From Podarcis muralis (Eukaryota), in assembly GCF_964188315.1 (NCBI RefSeq), contig NC_135656.1:111662001-111726000 (forward strand): a stretch of DNA of 64,000 nucleotides, in the 5' to 3' direction. The notes beneath the pieces are model-generated. The model saw only the letters and a program-made list of their open reading frames with translations. It ran no database searches and was not told where the DNA came from. This document shows positions 1 to 12,900 of the stretch, in pieces (within the stretch, counting starts at the first letter, position 1; each line of letters starts with the position of its first letter). Made by a program: the position numbers and the translations under genes.

Positions 1-505
1 CGTTTAGTCGTGTCCGACTCTTCATGACCCCATAGACCAGAGCACGCCAGGCACTCCTGTCTTCCACTGCCTCCCGCAGTTTGGTCAAACTCATGCTGGT
101 AGCTTCGAGAACACTGTCCAACCATCTCGTCCTCTGTCGTCCCCTTCTCCTTGTGCCCTCCATCCTTCCCAGCATCAGGGTCTTTTCCAGGGAGTCTTCT
201 CTTCTCATGAGGTGGCCAAAGTATTGGAGCCTCAGCTTCAGGATCTGTCCTTCCAGTGAGCACTCAGGGCTGATTTCCTTCAGAATGGAGAGGCTTGATC
301 TTCTTGCAGTCCATGGGACTCTCAAGAGTCTCCTCCAGCACCATAATTCAAAAGCATCAATTCTTTTTTTAAAAAAATAATATTTATTAAGAATTTAATA
401 ATTACAAAAAGAAGAAAAAGAGTTAAACAAAGCAAAACAATACAATACAAAAGCATCAATTCTTTGGTGATCAGCCTTCTTTATGGTCCAGCTCTCACTT
501 CCATG
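1..505 (-). mobile_element. Bov-B (RTE clade) LINE 3' fragment
   Basis: Reverse complement of the Bov-B 3' end; same sequence as 23586-24088 and 39922-40368. Interrupted by an A/T-rich stretch at about 361-455. Confidence 0.85.
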
Positions 506-1067
506 CATGTGCAGAAGCAATTTCCGGTGCCGTGGACATGCGCAGATGCGATTTCTAGAGCCGCGCTGCGCCCATCCAGCCCACGGACGATTTCCATGGG
601 AGTGATCCGGCCTATGCCCAGTAAGTCTTGCTGACCCCTAAGCTAGTGCTTCAAGCCTTTCAAAATTGGTCACACTCCTTTCTCACCAGAACTTCAGAGT
701 GGCATATAATGGGGAACACTGCTCCGCAATGCATCCTCACAACAACAACCCCCAGATGTAGACAGATTTTATTTTATTTTATTAAATTTCTTAGCTCCTC
801 ACAGAGCTGAAATTCACAGAGTGGTCAATCCATCTCTCTCCCAAGGGAACTCTATGAATTGAAGCTAGGTGAGGGGGATAGGGGTATCCTCATAGCTCTC
901 AGCACCATTAAACTACAGCTCCCACAAATCTTTGGGGGAAGCCATGGCTGTTTACGGTGGTATCAGAGGGTTCTAAATGTATGGTGTGGGTGCCGCCTAA
1001 GGAAAGGATGAATGAAGGTTTGGGTACCAGACTGTCCTTGGGGGAAACCTTGCCACTTCCGCCTTAC

Positions 1068-2469
1068 CTGCAGGAGTTCACTCACTGGCTGGCAACACTT
1101 CTTCTCCAGCTCCCGGATGAGGATTTCGCAAGAGGAGACTTCCCGAAAAAGCTTGCTCATGTGGTTGTCTCTCCTCGTTACGATCTCCTTCAGTATGTCT
1201 CGGAGCTTGCCAACCATAGTGTGCTCTTCGGACGACAGGAACTGGCGCAGCTCGTCGAACTTGGACAATGTTTCTTGCATCAACTTTTCTGTCAGTTTCT
1301 ACAATAAGCCGATGGAAAGAGAGCAGGAAAAGAGAGAGAGAGAGGTCAGAGGAGGCAGGAATAAGGTCGGTCCTGGCAACATTAGGATACTAATTACACT
1401 GGTACCTCGGGTTACATACGCTTCAGGTTACATACGCTTCAGGTTACAGACTCCGCTAACCCAGAAATAGTACCTCAGATTAAGAACTTTGCTTCAGGAT
1501 GAGAACGGATGAGAACGCAGCGGCTGGAGGCCCCATTAGCTAAAGTGGTGCTTCAGGTTAAGAACAGTTTCAGGTTAAGAACGGACCTCAGGAACAAATT
1601 AAGTACTTAACCCGAGGTACCACTGTATATAGAAAAGGACGTTAAATGGTCAGGAGGTGGAGTCAGGCATAGGTCAGCAATACAGTGGTACCTTGGTTCT
1701 CAAACTTAATCCGTTCTGGAAGTCTGTTCCAAAACCAAAGCGTTCCAAAACCAAGGCATGCTTTCCCATAGAAAGTAATGCAAAATGGATTAATCCGTTC
1801 CAAACTTTTAAAAACAACCCCCAAAACAGCAATTTAACATGAATTTTACTATCTAACGAGACCATTGGCCCATAAAATGAACCGCTAGGCTGTGGAAGGC
1901 GACTCTACACTCAGAATGTTCACAAAAGGGGGCTTAGTGCTGTAAGTGGGCTGTTCAGATATCACAAACAAGGTGTTGGGTTTTTTTATTTATCTGATTT
2001 CCTTCAGAGAGGATGGCCCCAGATTAAATTGGGGGGCGGGGAATAAGGGTAGCGTTTTTACAACAACAATGCAGCAACGTTTCCGAGCACAATTCAAAGT
2101 GCTGGTGTTGACCTTTAAAGCCCTAAACGGACTCGGCCCAGTATACCTGAAGGAGCGTCTCCACCCCCATCGTTCTGCCCAGACGCTGAGGTCCAGCGCC
2201 GAGGGCCTTCTGGCAGTTCCCTCATTGCAAGAAGCGAGGTTACAGGGAACCAGGCAGAGGGCCTTCTCGGTAGTGGCGCCCGCCCTGTGGAACGCCCTCC
2301 CTTCAGATGTCAAAACGATATGCAACTACCTGACATTCAGAAGACATCTGAAGGCAGCCCTGTTCAGGGAAGTTTTTAATGTATGATATTTTAGTGTTTT
2401 TTGGTTTCTATGGAAGCCGCCCAGAGTGGCTGGGGAAACCCAGCCAGATGGGCGGGGTACAAGTAATAA

Positions 2470-2518
<49 letters not shown>

Positions 2519-4452
2519 GTGCAGTAGCTGTGAAAAGTTTGCACACACTCTGGAGTTCCCATGAGAAGCGCTCATCCCACAAGCAGCACAGAAAAACTGG
2601 TTTTACATGCAACAGGGAAAGAGTTTCCAAAATGGGACCTCCAACTTGGATGTTATTTTATGCACTCCTTTGTCGGCAATTACACAATTTTTTTGTAAAG
2701 TGCTACTACTTTTTGATCTATGGGCTACTTTTAAAATGAGGCTGCATTTTAAATTGCATTTTAACCTGTATTTTAAATTGCGTCCCCCCCCCCCTTATGT
2801 TTTTACTGTAATTTTACCAGTGTTAGCCACCCTGAGCCCGGCTCTGGCCAGGGAGGGTGGGGTATAAATAAAATTTATTATTATTATTATTACTTGCGGA
2901 CTTGCCAGTAACAGTGACACTTACAATCAGGGTTTGAGTTTGTTTTTCTGCAGCTGATCTACACTCCAGAATTGTCTCTTCCCGGTTCTCTAGAGCATTA
3001 ATGCAATTGCCTATGCGACCCTGAAAAGAAAACGCAAGCATGCTTTAGGAGAGTATGTAATAAAGTTAAAAAACATTCTAAGCTCAAAGCATTCTCTCAA
3101 CCTGTGATCCCAGGGCTGCCATGAACAGGGACCTTCGGCCACCAAATGCCTGAGTAAGCAGGCATGTTTTTAAATTCCTCCTGCCAATCAACAATATACG
3201 ATATGATAGCCTTTATTGTCATTGTCCCATACAGAACAACGAAATTGAAAAAAATCTACATCAGACATTCAAAAACCAACAAGCCTGCTATCCCAGCTTG
3301 GTTAACCCCCTAAAAACTCTGATACCCCATAATTAAATACAATATACTCCCATAGAGACTACCTTAAAAAGGTAAAGGTACCCCTGCCCATACGGGCCAG
3401 TCTTGACAGACTCTGGGGTTGTGCGCCCATCTCACTCAAGAGGCCGGGGGCCAGCGCTGTCCGGAGACACTTCCGGGTCACGTGGCCAGCGTGACAAGCT
3501 GCATCTGGCGAGCCAGCGCAGCACACGGAAACGCCGTTTACCTTCCCGCCAGTAAGCGGTCCCTATTTATCTACTTGCACCCAGGGGTGCTTTCGAACTG
3601 CTAGGTTGGCAGGCGCTGGGACCGAGCAACGGGAGCACACCCCCCCGCGGGGATTCGAACCGCCGACCTTTCGATCGGCAAGTCCTAGTCGCTGAGGCTT
3701 TAACCCACAGCGCCACCTGCGTCCCGGGAGACTACCTTATACTGCATTTAAAACCAAAATCGCATTTGGATAGAAACTGTTTCTCAGGTGGCTAGTCCTA
3801 GTCTTAATAACCCTGTACCTTCTTCCAGAAGGCAGAAGCTGAAAGAGATCATTTCCGGGGTGCGCACTATCCTTCGCGATCTCTGCAGCTTTCTTATGGC
3901 ACCCGGAAGCATAGATTTGATCCAAGGTGGGAAGAGTGCACCCAGTTATTCTCTCCGCAGTCTTTACAACCCTGGACAGCATTGTTTTCCCCCTGACCAT
4001 ACATATGCATGCCCAGTCCTAGAAACAAAGGCCTCTCTCACCTTGGTCTCTTGGGCAGCTTGCTCCATGGGAACGACGTCGTGAGCCTTGTGCTCTGCGG
4101 ATTCGACACACTCTGAGCAGACTAGGGCTTGGTCAGTCTTACAGAAAGACGTGGGAGGCTCCGGGTGCCTGTAGCAGGTTCCCTCCCCTCCTCCTTTTGC
4201 TTGTTTTGCTTGATCTCTGAGGAATCTAGCCAAGTTTTCCAGCGGCTTGTTCGTAATGAGCCTGTCAGGCTCCACTACCCATCTGCACTCAGGGCAGCTC
4301 CGATCACGCACAAAGTCTTTCCAGTACTTGAAAACACAGTGGTGGCAGAAATTGTGCCCGCAGTCTAGAATCACTGGGTCCGTGAAATACTGCAAGCAAA
4401 TGGAGCAAGTCACTTCCACCTCAAACATCTTCAGGGTATCCTCAGCGGCCAT
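1068..4452 (-). CDS. TRIM E3 ligase (RING, B-box2, coiled coil; TRIM27/TRIM39/RFP-like), 5' part; continues beyond the window start
   Basis: Exons 4452-4042 (411 nt; C3HC4 RING CSIC..CGHNFC..C..CPEC and B-box CYRH..C..C..C..H..H), 3020-2925 (96 nt, GRIGNCINALE..TQTLI) and 1298-1068 (231 nt, coiled coil). All GT/AG and phase 0. The 96/231-nt exon pattern is typical of PRY-SPRY TRIM genes. Confidence 0.93.
1397..1625 (+). mobile_element. Tc1/mariner (pogo/Tigger-like) MITE, family A
   Basis: TIRs CA(G/C)TGGTACCTCGGGTTA / TAACCCGAGGTACCACTG flanked by TA; many near-identical copies in the window. Confidence 0.85.
1683..1870 (+). mobile_element. Truncated Tc1/mariner-type MITE
   Basis: TA-CAGTGGTACC left end; resembles 14351-14591; right TIR not seen. 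Confidence 0.55.
2068..2517 (+). mobile_element. L2 LINE 3' fragment with (ATT)n tail
   Basis: ORF2 C-terminus RFRAQFKVLVLTFKAL..AFSVVAPALWNALP..LFREVFNV*, 3' UTR ..CCAGATGGGCGGGGTA and an ATT microsatellite tail. Confidence 0.9.
2700..2891 (+). mobile_element. L2-like LINE 3' end, second subfamily
   Basis: Matches the minus-strand copy at 58715-59010; ends in GGGGTATAAATAAAATTT(ATT)n. Confidence 0.6.
3195..3997 (-). mobile_element. Rex1/Babar-clade LINE 3' fragment interrupted by a Sauria SINE
   Basis: Translation ..SAHPGNDLFQLLPSGRRYRVIKTRT..RNSFYPNAI.. is a Rex1-type RT C-terminus. A second copy lies at 63330-63990. Confidence 0.8.
3367..3725 (-). mobile_element. Sauria SINE
   Basis: tRNA-like head GGGACGC.GGTGGCGCTGTGGGTTAAA..GGTTCGAATCCCC and (ACCTTT)n tail; flanking TSD GAGACTACCTTA. 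Confidence 0.9.
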
Positions 4453-4904
4453 TGCTCAATACAATTTAATTTTTAAGTTGAATTTAACTTCCCTTCTCTG
4501 CGAAAGGTGCAAAAGCCTGTGGCTTGAGATTTCAGAGGGAACTCCTTTTATTTTAACTGCTGCAGAAGTTGTGCGCAACGGACAACACCAGTCTGGGGAA
4601 GGAAAGAGAGAAAATGGATAAGGATGACCATCTTCTAACTAAATTATGCATCCAAAATGTAGCAGAGTTTGGTGGGCACCTCAAAGACTAACAATGAAAA
4701 AAAATACATTTATCTATCGTCGTTGTTCTTGCCGCAACATACACAGCTTCCTGACTGGACCTCCAAGACTACGGGCGCTCAGTTGTGAGAGACAAGCACT
4801 CTGCACATGCTCAAGCCTCATTCGTAGCTGTTCCGGGACTGAGCAGGGAACAGTTTAGGGTGAAGCCCCAGGGACACACAGAAAGAAAGAAAAATATATT
4901 ATTG

Positions 4905-4972
4905 TGTATCACAGAACAGTCGCGGTGGAAGGGACCACGAGGGAAGGTCATTTAAGTCCAACCCCCTGCAAT
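4905..4972 (-). mobile_element. CR1 LINE 3' terminal fragment
   Basis: Degenerate reverse complement of GGGTTGGACT..GACC..GGTCCCTTCCA..TTCTGTGAT. Confidence 0.5.
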
Positions 4973-5559
4973 TGAGACATCTCTTGCCAAACGACCCTAA
5001 GATTAAATATCTTTACGCACTGAGCTACTCTCATCAAGGGGGGAGGAAACAACAGCCGCTTCAGGGAGAGAGGGAAAACGGACTGCGAATGAGGCGCGCG
5101 GGGGAATTAGCACGCTTCCCGTTCAATCTTACCCCAACAACAAAAGACACCCAGCCTAGCCAGGCAATCGATTTGAAGCTCTCACAAATTCGATTGCCCC
5201 TTTCAGGAGAGGAGAGGAAAAGCAAAACACTACTGGAAGGACCAGGAAGCCAATAATCAATATATATATATATATATTGCGTTGGGAGGCGGAGCTACTA
5301 AAGCAAAGCGAAAGTGAGGGTGTGGCCGGGGCTTTAATCCTGGGAGAAACCCTGGGATTTAAAAATCTATATTTTAAATCTATATATATGTATATATAGA
5401 GATTTTTTAAATCTATATATATATTGAGGTTTCAGAGGGAAAATCTTTTATTTCAACTGCTGCAGAAGCTGTGCGCAACGGACAACACCAGTCTGGGAAA
5501 GGAAAGAGAGGAACACTCTATATATTTAAATCCCAGGGTTTCTCCTGGGATTAAAAACC

Positions 5560-5810
5560 GCTCTCTGGCCACACCCTCACTTTCGCTTTGGTTTTAGTAG
5601 CTCCGCCTCCCGGCGTGGGCGGCTCCGGTAATTCGGATTGGGTGAGGCTGGCAACACCTGCGGCCAATGGCGCCGCTCCTTTCCTTTCCGCTGGTTGCTC
5701 CGCCAGCGCCTTAGGGACCGCGCTTTGCTGCGCTGGAGGGGAGAGCGCTTAGGAAGGGGCGGGTGCACGTGGGGGGTCTCTCTTCGGGCGTCGTGTCACG
5801 TTAAGAGACT
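5560..5810 (-). promoter_or_regulatory. CpG-rich putative promoter/non-coding first exon of the TRIM gene
   Basis: CpG-rich with a CCAAT (cggccaatgg). Minus-strand donor AAA|GTGAGG at 5580; acceptor ttccccAG at 4594-4593 upstream of the TRIM ATG. Confidence 0.55.
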
Positions 5811-5920
5811 GAAGCAAACTTCTCCCCCCCCCCAATCTGGATCGCTTCAATGAGCCATTTCCAAAGGGGTAGCTGTGCTAGGCTCCTGGTCTCATGCCAC
5901 CCGCCCTCGCAAAGGCAGGT

Positions 5921-5973
<53 letters not shown>

Positions 5974-6042
5974 TAGTACCCCACCCATCTGAGTTGGGTG
6001 CTGGACGCCTTCCAGCACATATAATCAGCATAAGTAATCAGC

Positions 6043-6382
6043 AAAGGGAAAGGGACCCCTGACCATTAGATCCAGTCGTGACCAACTCTGGGGTTGTGGC
6101 GCTCATCTCGCTTTACTGGCCGAGGGAGCCGGCGTGGTCATGTGGCCAGCATGACTAAGCTGCTTCTTAGTCTGGCGAACCAGAGCAGCGCACAGAAACG
6201 CTGTTTACCTTCCCACCAGAGTGGGACCTATTTATCTACTTGCACTTTGACGTCCTTTCGAACTGCTAGGTTGGCAGGAGCAGGGACCGAGCAACGGGAG
6301 CTCACCCCGTCGCGGGGATTCGAACCGCTGACCTTCTGATCGGGAAGTCCTAGGCTCTGTAGTTAACCCACAGCGCCACCTG
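6043..6382 (-). mobile_element. Sauria SINE
   Basis: Same consensus as the other copies. Confidence 0.88.
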
Positions 6383-6438
6383 TGTTATACCTTAAAAAAG
6401 GCTTCCCTATACTCCAGATGTTTCCTAAATGTTATGTA

Positions 6439-6685
6439 CAGTGGTACCTCGGGTAACAGACTCTTCAGGTTACAGACGCTTCAGGTTACAGACTCCGCTA
6501 ACCCAGAAATATAATATTACCTTGGGTTAAGAACTTTGTATCAGGATGAGAACAGAAATCGTGGTCCAGCGGCGCGGCGGCAGCAGGAGGCCCCATTAGC
6601 TAAAGTGGTGCTTCAGGTTAAGAACAGTTTCAGGTTAAGAACGGACCTCTGGAACAAATTAAGTACTTAACCCGAGGTACCACTG
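6439..6685 (+). mobile_element. Tc1/mariner MITE family A
   Basis: Full TIRs with TA on both sides. Confidence 0.85.
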
Positions 6686-6687
6686 TA

Positions 6688-6935
6688 CAGTGGATGCTCG
6701 GGTTGCGAACGTGATCCTTGTGGGATGCACGTTCACAACCCGCAGCATTCGCAACCCACAGCAGCGCATCTGCACTTGCACGGGTTGCGATTCAGTGCTT
6801 CTGCACATGTGCAAAGCGTGATTTAGCGCTTCTGCACATGCTCGACTGCCGAAACCTGGAAGTAACCTATTCCGGTACTTCCAGGTTTTGGCGGAACCCG
6901 AAAAAACTCAACCTGAAGCAGCTGTATCCTGAGGT
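6688..6935 (+). mobile_element. Tc1/mariner MITE family B, abutting a family A copy
   Basis: CAGTGGATGCTCGGGTTGCGAACGTGATCC start; matches 53369-53566. Confidence 0.7.
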
Positions 6936-7059
6936 TTATCCTCTAATTTCTCACAGGGAGCACCCACCCCGCTCAGGGGAAAAAAGAGCTGTTCTCCTAA
7001 GTGAGCCACACTGAAATAATGGGGATTTGCTGTGGAGTAGGGTTTGCTGTGAAGAAGCT

Positions 7060-7200
7060 TGTTTTTGGACTACAACTCCCATCATCCCTAACCAATGGTC
7101 CTGCTAGTTAGGGACAATGGGAGTTGTAGTCCAGAAACCCTGCTTTGTAGGAAACTCTGTATTGCTTGCAAGTCCAGCAATGTCTGGAGGGCCACAGGGT
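7060..7200. mobile_element. Hairpin hAT-type MITE relic
   Basis: GGACTACAACTCCCATCATCCC..GGGAGTTGTAGTCC inverted core, as in 13446-13581. Confidence 0.55.
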
Positions 7201-7441
7201 CCCGTCCCCCCAGTCTTTGATGGAGTGCCCAAAAATATTGTTTACAGCGTTTCTCAAAGTTGTCCATAGATGGTTGGTATCTGCACGCATTGTCACATCT
7301 GCAAACTGCACATACCCTAATGTGTGGCATAATGGGAAGTGTTATTACATTTTGGGGGTGGTTATGTGCTACCTCTCCTGGTGACCCTTAGGGTCCCTTG
7401 CAACTCGACGGATCTATGATTCTGTGCTGTCCGAGGCATTA

Positions 7442-7670
7442 CAGTGGCACCTCGGGTTACAGACGCTTCAGGTTGCAGACTCCACTAACCCAGAAATTGT
7501 ACCTCAAGTTAAGAACTTTGCTTCAGGATGAGAACAGAAATCGTGCGGTGGCGGCATGGCGGCAGCAGCAGGAGACCCCATTAGCTAAAGTGGTGCCTCA
7601 GGTTAAGAACAGTTTCAGGTTAAGAACGGACCTCCAGAACAAATTAAGTTCTTAACCTGACGTACCACTG
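7442..7670 (+). mobile_element. Tc1/mariner MITE family A
   Basis: TIRs and TA TSD. Confidence 0.85.
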
Positions 7671-8444
7671 TATAGAATTGGCCGCTACAAGAATTGGACG
7701 ATGGACTAGACTGGCCTTTGATTCAGCAGGACTCTTATTACATTTTTTAAGTTGTTGTGTCCCATTTCTTGCAAAAGGATGCATGTTCTTCACATGCAAA
7801 TAAACAGGCCCCTTAACAGCCGCCACCCCCACCCCCCAATGTTGATAAACCGCCCCCACCTGCAGAGAGCCAGAGGAATCAGCCCTGTTATCTTTTAATT
7901 AACTGGTAACCAGAATTTCATCCCTGATTGGCCAGAAGAAGGAAACACTCACACCTGAGGACCATTTAAAGGTTGGGGGTGTGAGAAACAGACACCATTG
8001 AAGCCCAAGAAGGAAGTAGATGCTCGCAGGTGGCGGTGTTTTTAAATAGTTTTTAAATAGTTGTATTGTGAAGCAATGGCATTGGTGAGTTGGCAAAAAA
8101 AATTTTTTAGAAATGCTATTTGGTTATTGTTAGTGGTAAGTTTAAGGGTATGATAATTATCTGTGGCAGGCGTGGGGAATGTTTGATATTTCAGGTGAAT
8201 TACGACTCCCATCATGCCCGGCCATTGGTTTTGGTTGATGGGAGTTGTAGTTCCACAACATCTGGAGGAATGAAGAGTCCCCACTACAAAATACTGGGAC
8301 TGCTTGCTTGTATTTATCATTTTGGGAATCCATTATTATTATTATTAAGCTATGCAAGTTTTCTTTTTAGACAATGTTTCTGCCTTTCGTTGGCTAGCAT
8401 GCTCCTTCCAGCCTTACTACAGCAGAACTTTATATAGAACACAG

Positions 8445-8469
<25 letters not shown>

Positions 8470-8492
<23 letters not shown>

Positions 8493-8830
8493 GAATTTAT
8501 ATATCACCCTATACCCGGAGGTTTCAGGGTGGTTCAAAGAAAAGATCACAATATATAAAATAAAAATTAAAACATTAACCCAAATAACACCCCCCCCAAA
8601 AAAAGAGTCACACTTTAAAATCAGGTCAACCAAAGGCCTGATTAAAGAGGAACATTTTTGCCTTGCACCTAAAGGTGTATAATAAAGGCACCAGGCCAAC
8701 TTCCCTGGGGAGAGCATTCCACAGACAGGGAGCCACTGCAGAGAAGGCCCCGTTCTTGTGTTGCCACCCTCCGGACCTCTCAAGGAGGAGGCACATGAAG
8801 GAGGGCCTCAGAAGATGATCTCAGGGTCCG
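8470..8830 (-). mobile_element. L2-like LINE 3' fragment
   Basis: Reverse complement of ..RAFSVAPCLWNALP..-type sequence, next to a (GATT)n tract. Confidence 0.55.
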
Positions 8831-9929
8831 GGTAGGTTCATAGCTAGTCCTCACTGAGTTCTTCCATAAAGTGGGTGAGATGGGAAAATCCAATGGCCAT
8901 CAAAGGGCAATCAATACCTTGATTAGGGTCAACCAGAATAGGATAAAAATAATGGACTGGTTTCTGTTTCAGTATAAATAGCTTCCTGAAAAGACTTGGT
9001 ATTGAGTTTAACTAATCTGGAAAGATCTTATATTAGCCGCAATCATGTAGGAGGTCTGCAGTTAAAATGATTGTCCACAACTGATTCATCTCCCCATCTG
9101 AAGTATTCTGTTCTCCCAGTAAGAACAAGGGGGGGGACGGGACTGTGTAGACCATATGCTTTGCATGCACAAGTTCCCAGGTTCAATTCCTAGCTAGGCT
9201 GTTATCATATCAATATATAATTGACACTTAAGAATAAGATGAGCCAGATTCACCAGTACTACTTCCCCACAAACAAGTAATTTATATTGGATTATGGTAT
9301 ACCATAAATTTCTCCCCCAACTGCATCATTGTCCAGGGCAGTATTGCTCCTACCTCCAAAACCTGTGTTTAAATACATTTCTAGTGACATTTTCCCATGG
9401 ATTCCGTGCCTATGCAAAGAATCCAAAGTTTGGAAATTGTTTTGAAATATTTTGTAACCATGTTTCCTTGCACATATATGCCCTTTGTTCCTCTGGATAT
9501 CAGAAGACTGTCTTCTTGGCAGCTGATTTTTTTATGTACCAGTGATTTACCATTTTAAATTTACCATATTATTTAACCTGAAATCAATTTCATGTTCTAA
9601 TTAGATACACTGGGCGTAGATTAATGAAAACCCTAAAATCACAAAATCAAGACTGAATTATTTTGATTTTAGTAAAATCTGCCCAACCCCTAATTTCAAC
9701 ACCAAAGATTAGCATTAGTATCACATTTGTTTTTAAAAATGTTTAAAATTGGGTGTAATGACCCTGGATGTCTGAAAGTCATCAATCTGTTTAAAGATCA
9801 CAAAGAGGCAGTTGACTTTAATTTGTTTATCTTTATTTATAAATTCCAAGAACCTGAGGCTGAAAAAGATTATACTATGAGAAATGGGAGCCCTTGAATC
9901 TTTCACTTTTTTTTTTTTTTTTTTAGCAA

Positions 9930-12900
9930 ATGGTTGCCCGCTTGAATTTGAAGGCCGGGGAACGCATTGAAATCAAAGCCAAGGTGGCCCGAGAAGCCAA
10001 AAGGTCTGTATTAATAGTGAAAATAGGATATTTACATTTTCCCCTTGTGGGAGATTGCAATCAAATGCAACTAGCAAACATAGAGCTAGTTTGTGCATGA
10101 AGGGGTTAAAACAATAGAACTGTGATTCCTAGACACAGGTCATGCCCCTTCTTCTCTGATGAAGGAGGAAGTGACACCATCTCTCCCTGTTCCTATCCCT
10201 TTCCTTCCACCATGTAAATCAGCCAGGTCTGGTCTTGAGCATTTCAAGCACAGAACGCTTGTTCAGAACTGCAATCTGTATGTTGTACTCAAGAGTATTC
10301 TATCTGTGTTCTCTTTGCTGCTGCTTGGATAAATGCATAAACCTGGCCTTTGGAACGGTTTTGTAAGTAAAGCATTTTAACTTACTATACTGGTGTGGTC
10401 TGTTCCATGCTAAGAGGGATAGAAAACAGAAAGCAACGTATGCAACAAAATGGGATACGGAAAAGATTTAACAGCCTGGATTCCCACATCCTACTGCTGA
10501 ACTTCGCGAGTTTAAACTCTGCTACTGGAGGCTCTCTCCCACTGGAGTGTGTGTTAAGCCCCACATTTTGAATCTAGGCACCCAGCCAATCATTTTACTT
10601 ATTCGCCCCACACATGTGGGCCACAAGGATTATATATCTCCCCTCCCTCGATACCTTTAATTTTTGCATTTTGGAAACATTCTTTGCTTGGAGAATGGCA
10701 TCACAAAATTCAGGCAAGTGCAAATTTTGAATGATGGCTACATGTCAGTTCTCATGAGTCAGTTTGATAAGATTTAGCCTTGAATGCAAACTGAATCAAA
10801 TTTCCACCCCATCCCTGTGGGGAGGGCCTGGTAAACCTTGTATCTATACTACAAATTGTCTCCGTGTGCTAATATGAACAGGCATGATATTCCATAGGGT
10901 ACTCTTGGGGCTTCTAGTAAAGACAGTACCGTGGTACCTCAGGTTACATACGTTTCAGGTTACATACGCTTCAGGTTACAGACTCCGCTAACCCAGAAAT
11001 GGTACCTCGGGTTAAGAACTTTGCTTCAGGATGAGAACAGAAATCGTGCTCCGGCGGCGTGGCGGCAGTGGGAGGCCCCATTAGCTAAAGTGGTGCTTCA
11101 GGCTAAGAACAGTTTCAGGTTAAGAACGGACCTCCGGAACAAATTAAGTACTTAACCCAAGGTACCACTTTACTGAATTAGATGGACCAATGCTTTAGCT
11201 GAGATTGCAGGGGGTTATTCTATGACTCTGTATAAAGCATGTTTTCCCATGTTCCTATCAGATTTACCTTACATATAGGCCAGAATGCCTCGAATCCGCT
11301 CCTTCAATTTAACGCTCGATTTAAGACTTTCAACGGAGATAGGGTCGTCGTTTTTAACTCTGATATGGGGAGAGAGCGGGATCTTCTCTTGGACCTGGAA
11401 CTATTCGTCACAGTAAGTAAGAGGAGAGCCCTATTGCAGGAATAACGTGCGGGGAGAATAGCTGGGGATGTATATCTGAGACCTAAAGGACAAACCAAAA
11501 CTCAGTAGGTCAATATAATGAGGTGGAAGGGTGAGGGGACCTTGATTTAAAACAGGAATGAGGAATCTGTGGCCCTTGATATGTTGAACAAGAAGTTCCC
11601 ATAATTCCTAATAATTAGCCCTGCTAGCTGGGACTGAGGGGAGTTCAACAAACAGCTGGAGAACCATAGCTTCCCAACCGATGAAATAAAATGTTCTCGT
11701 CCGGCATATCAAAAACCTTGGGCTCTTCCAAATGGCCTGTTTACTGAGCACTCATCCTGATTTGCAAAGCTTACATGGAGGCTAGACTATATCCAGTCTC
11801 AAATTAAAGCTGCTTGTTATTTTTAGGTGGGATAGAATAATACCCCTTATATCTGGAATTATGAACAGTTTCGTGATTTTTTTTTTTATGCCCGCCGCTG
11901 CTTTTTCTCCACAGGAAACGCGGCCAAGTTTAAGCAACCAGGGCTGCATTCAGACGGCACTTTATAAAATAAGAATAAGAATAAGAATAATTTATTATTT
12001 ATACCCCACCCATCTGGCTGAGTTCCCCCAGCCACCCTGGGCGGCTCCCAATCGAATGTTAAAAACAATACAGCATTAAATATTAAAAACTTCTCTAAAC
12101 AGGGCTGCCTTCAGATGTCTTTTAAAGATAGGATTAGCTGCTTATTTCCTTCACATCTGAAGGGAGGGTGTTCCGCAGGGCGGGCGCCACTACTGAGAAG
12201 GCCCTCTGTCTGGTCCCTGTAACCTCACTTCTCGCAATGAGGGAACTGCCAGAAGGCCCTCGGCGCTAGATCTCAGTGTCTGGGCTGAACGATGGGGGTG
12301 GAGACGCTCCTTCGGGTATACTGGGCTGAGGCCGTTTAGGGCTTTAAAGGTCAGCACTAACACTTTGAATTATGTTTGGAAACGTACCGGGAGCCAATGC
12401 AGATCTCTCAGGACTGGTGTTATGTGGTCCCGGCGGCCAATCCCAGTCACCATTCTAGCTGCCTCATTCTGGATTAATTGCAGTTTCTGGGTCACCTTCA
12501 AAGGTAGCCCCACGTAGAGGGCATTGCAGTAGTCCAAGTGAGAGATAACTAGAGTATGTACCACTCTGGCACCACTCTTATCTCATTGACATTTCCTTAC
12601 CTGCTCTCTCCACCCCCTCAAGTTAATGTGATATTTCACACACTGCAAAAGCCGCTTCCTGGAATCTGGTGGAATCTAGCAGAAGAATAGATCTCATTTC
12701 TTTAACCGTTTCCAGCAAAAATCCATTTGCAAACCCATTAACTCGGAAAAATTGAGATGTATGTTTACAAAATTTGCGGTGGTATACCAGCATACTGCTC
12801 TTTCCTGCCATTTAAAATTTAGTGCGGCCCAAAAGTCAGTGACACAACAAGGCGTTGCTGTTTCAAAACAATGCTAGAAATCAGGACAGAAGCTCTAGCA

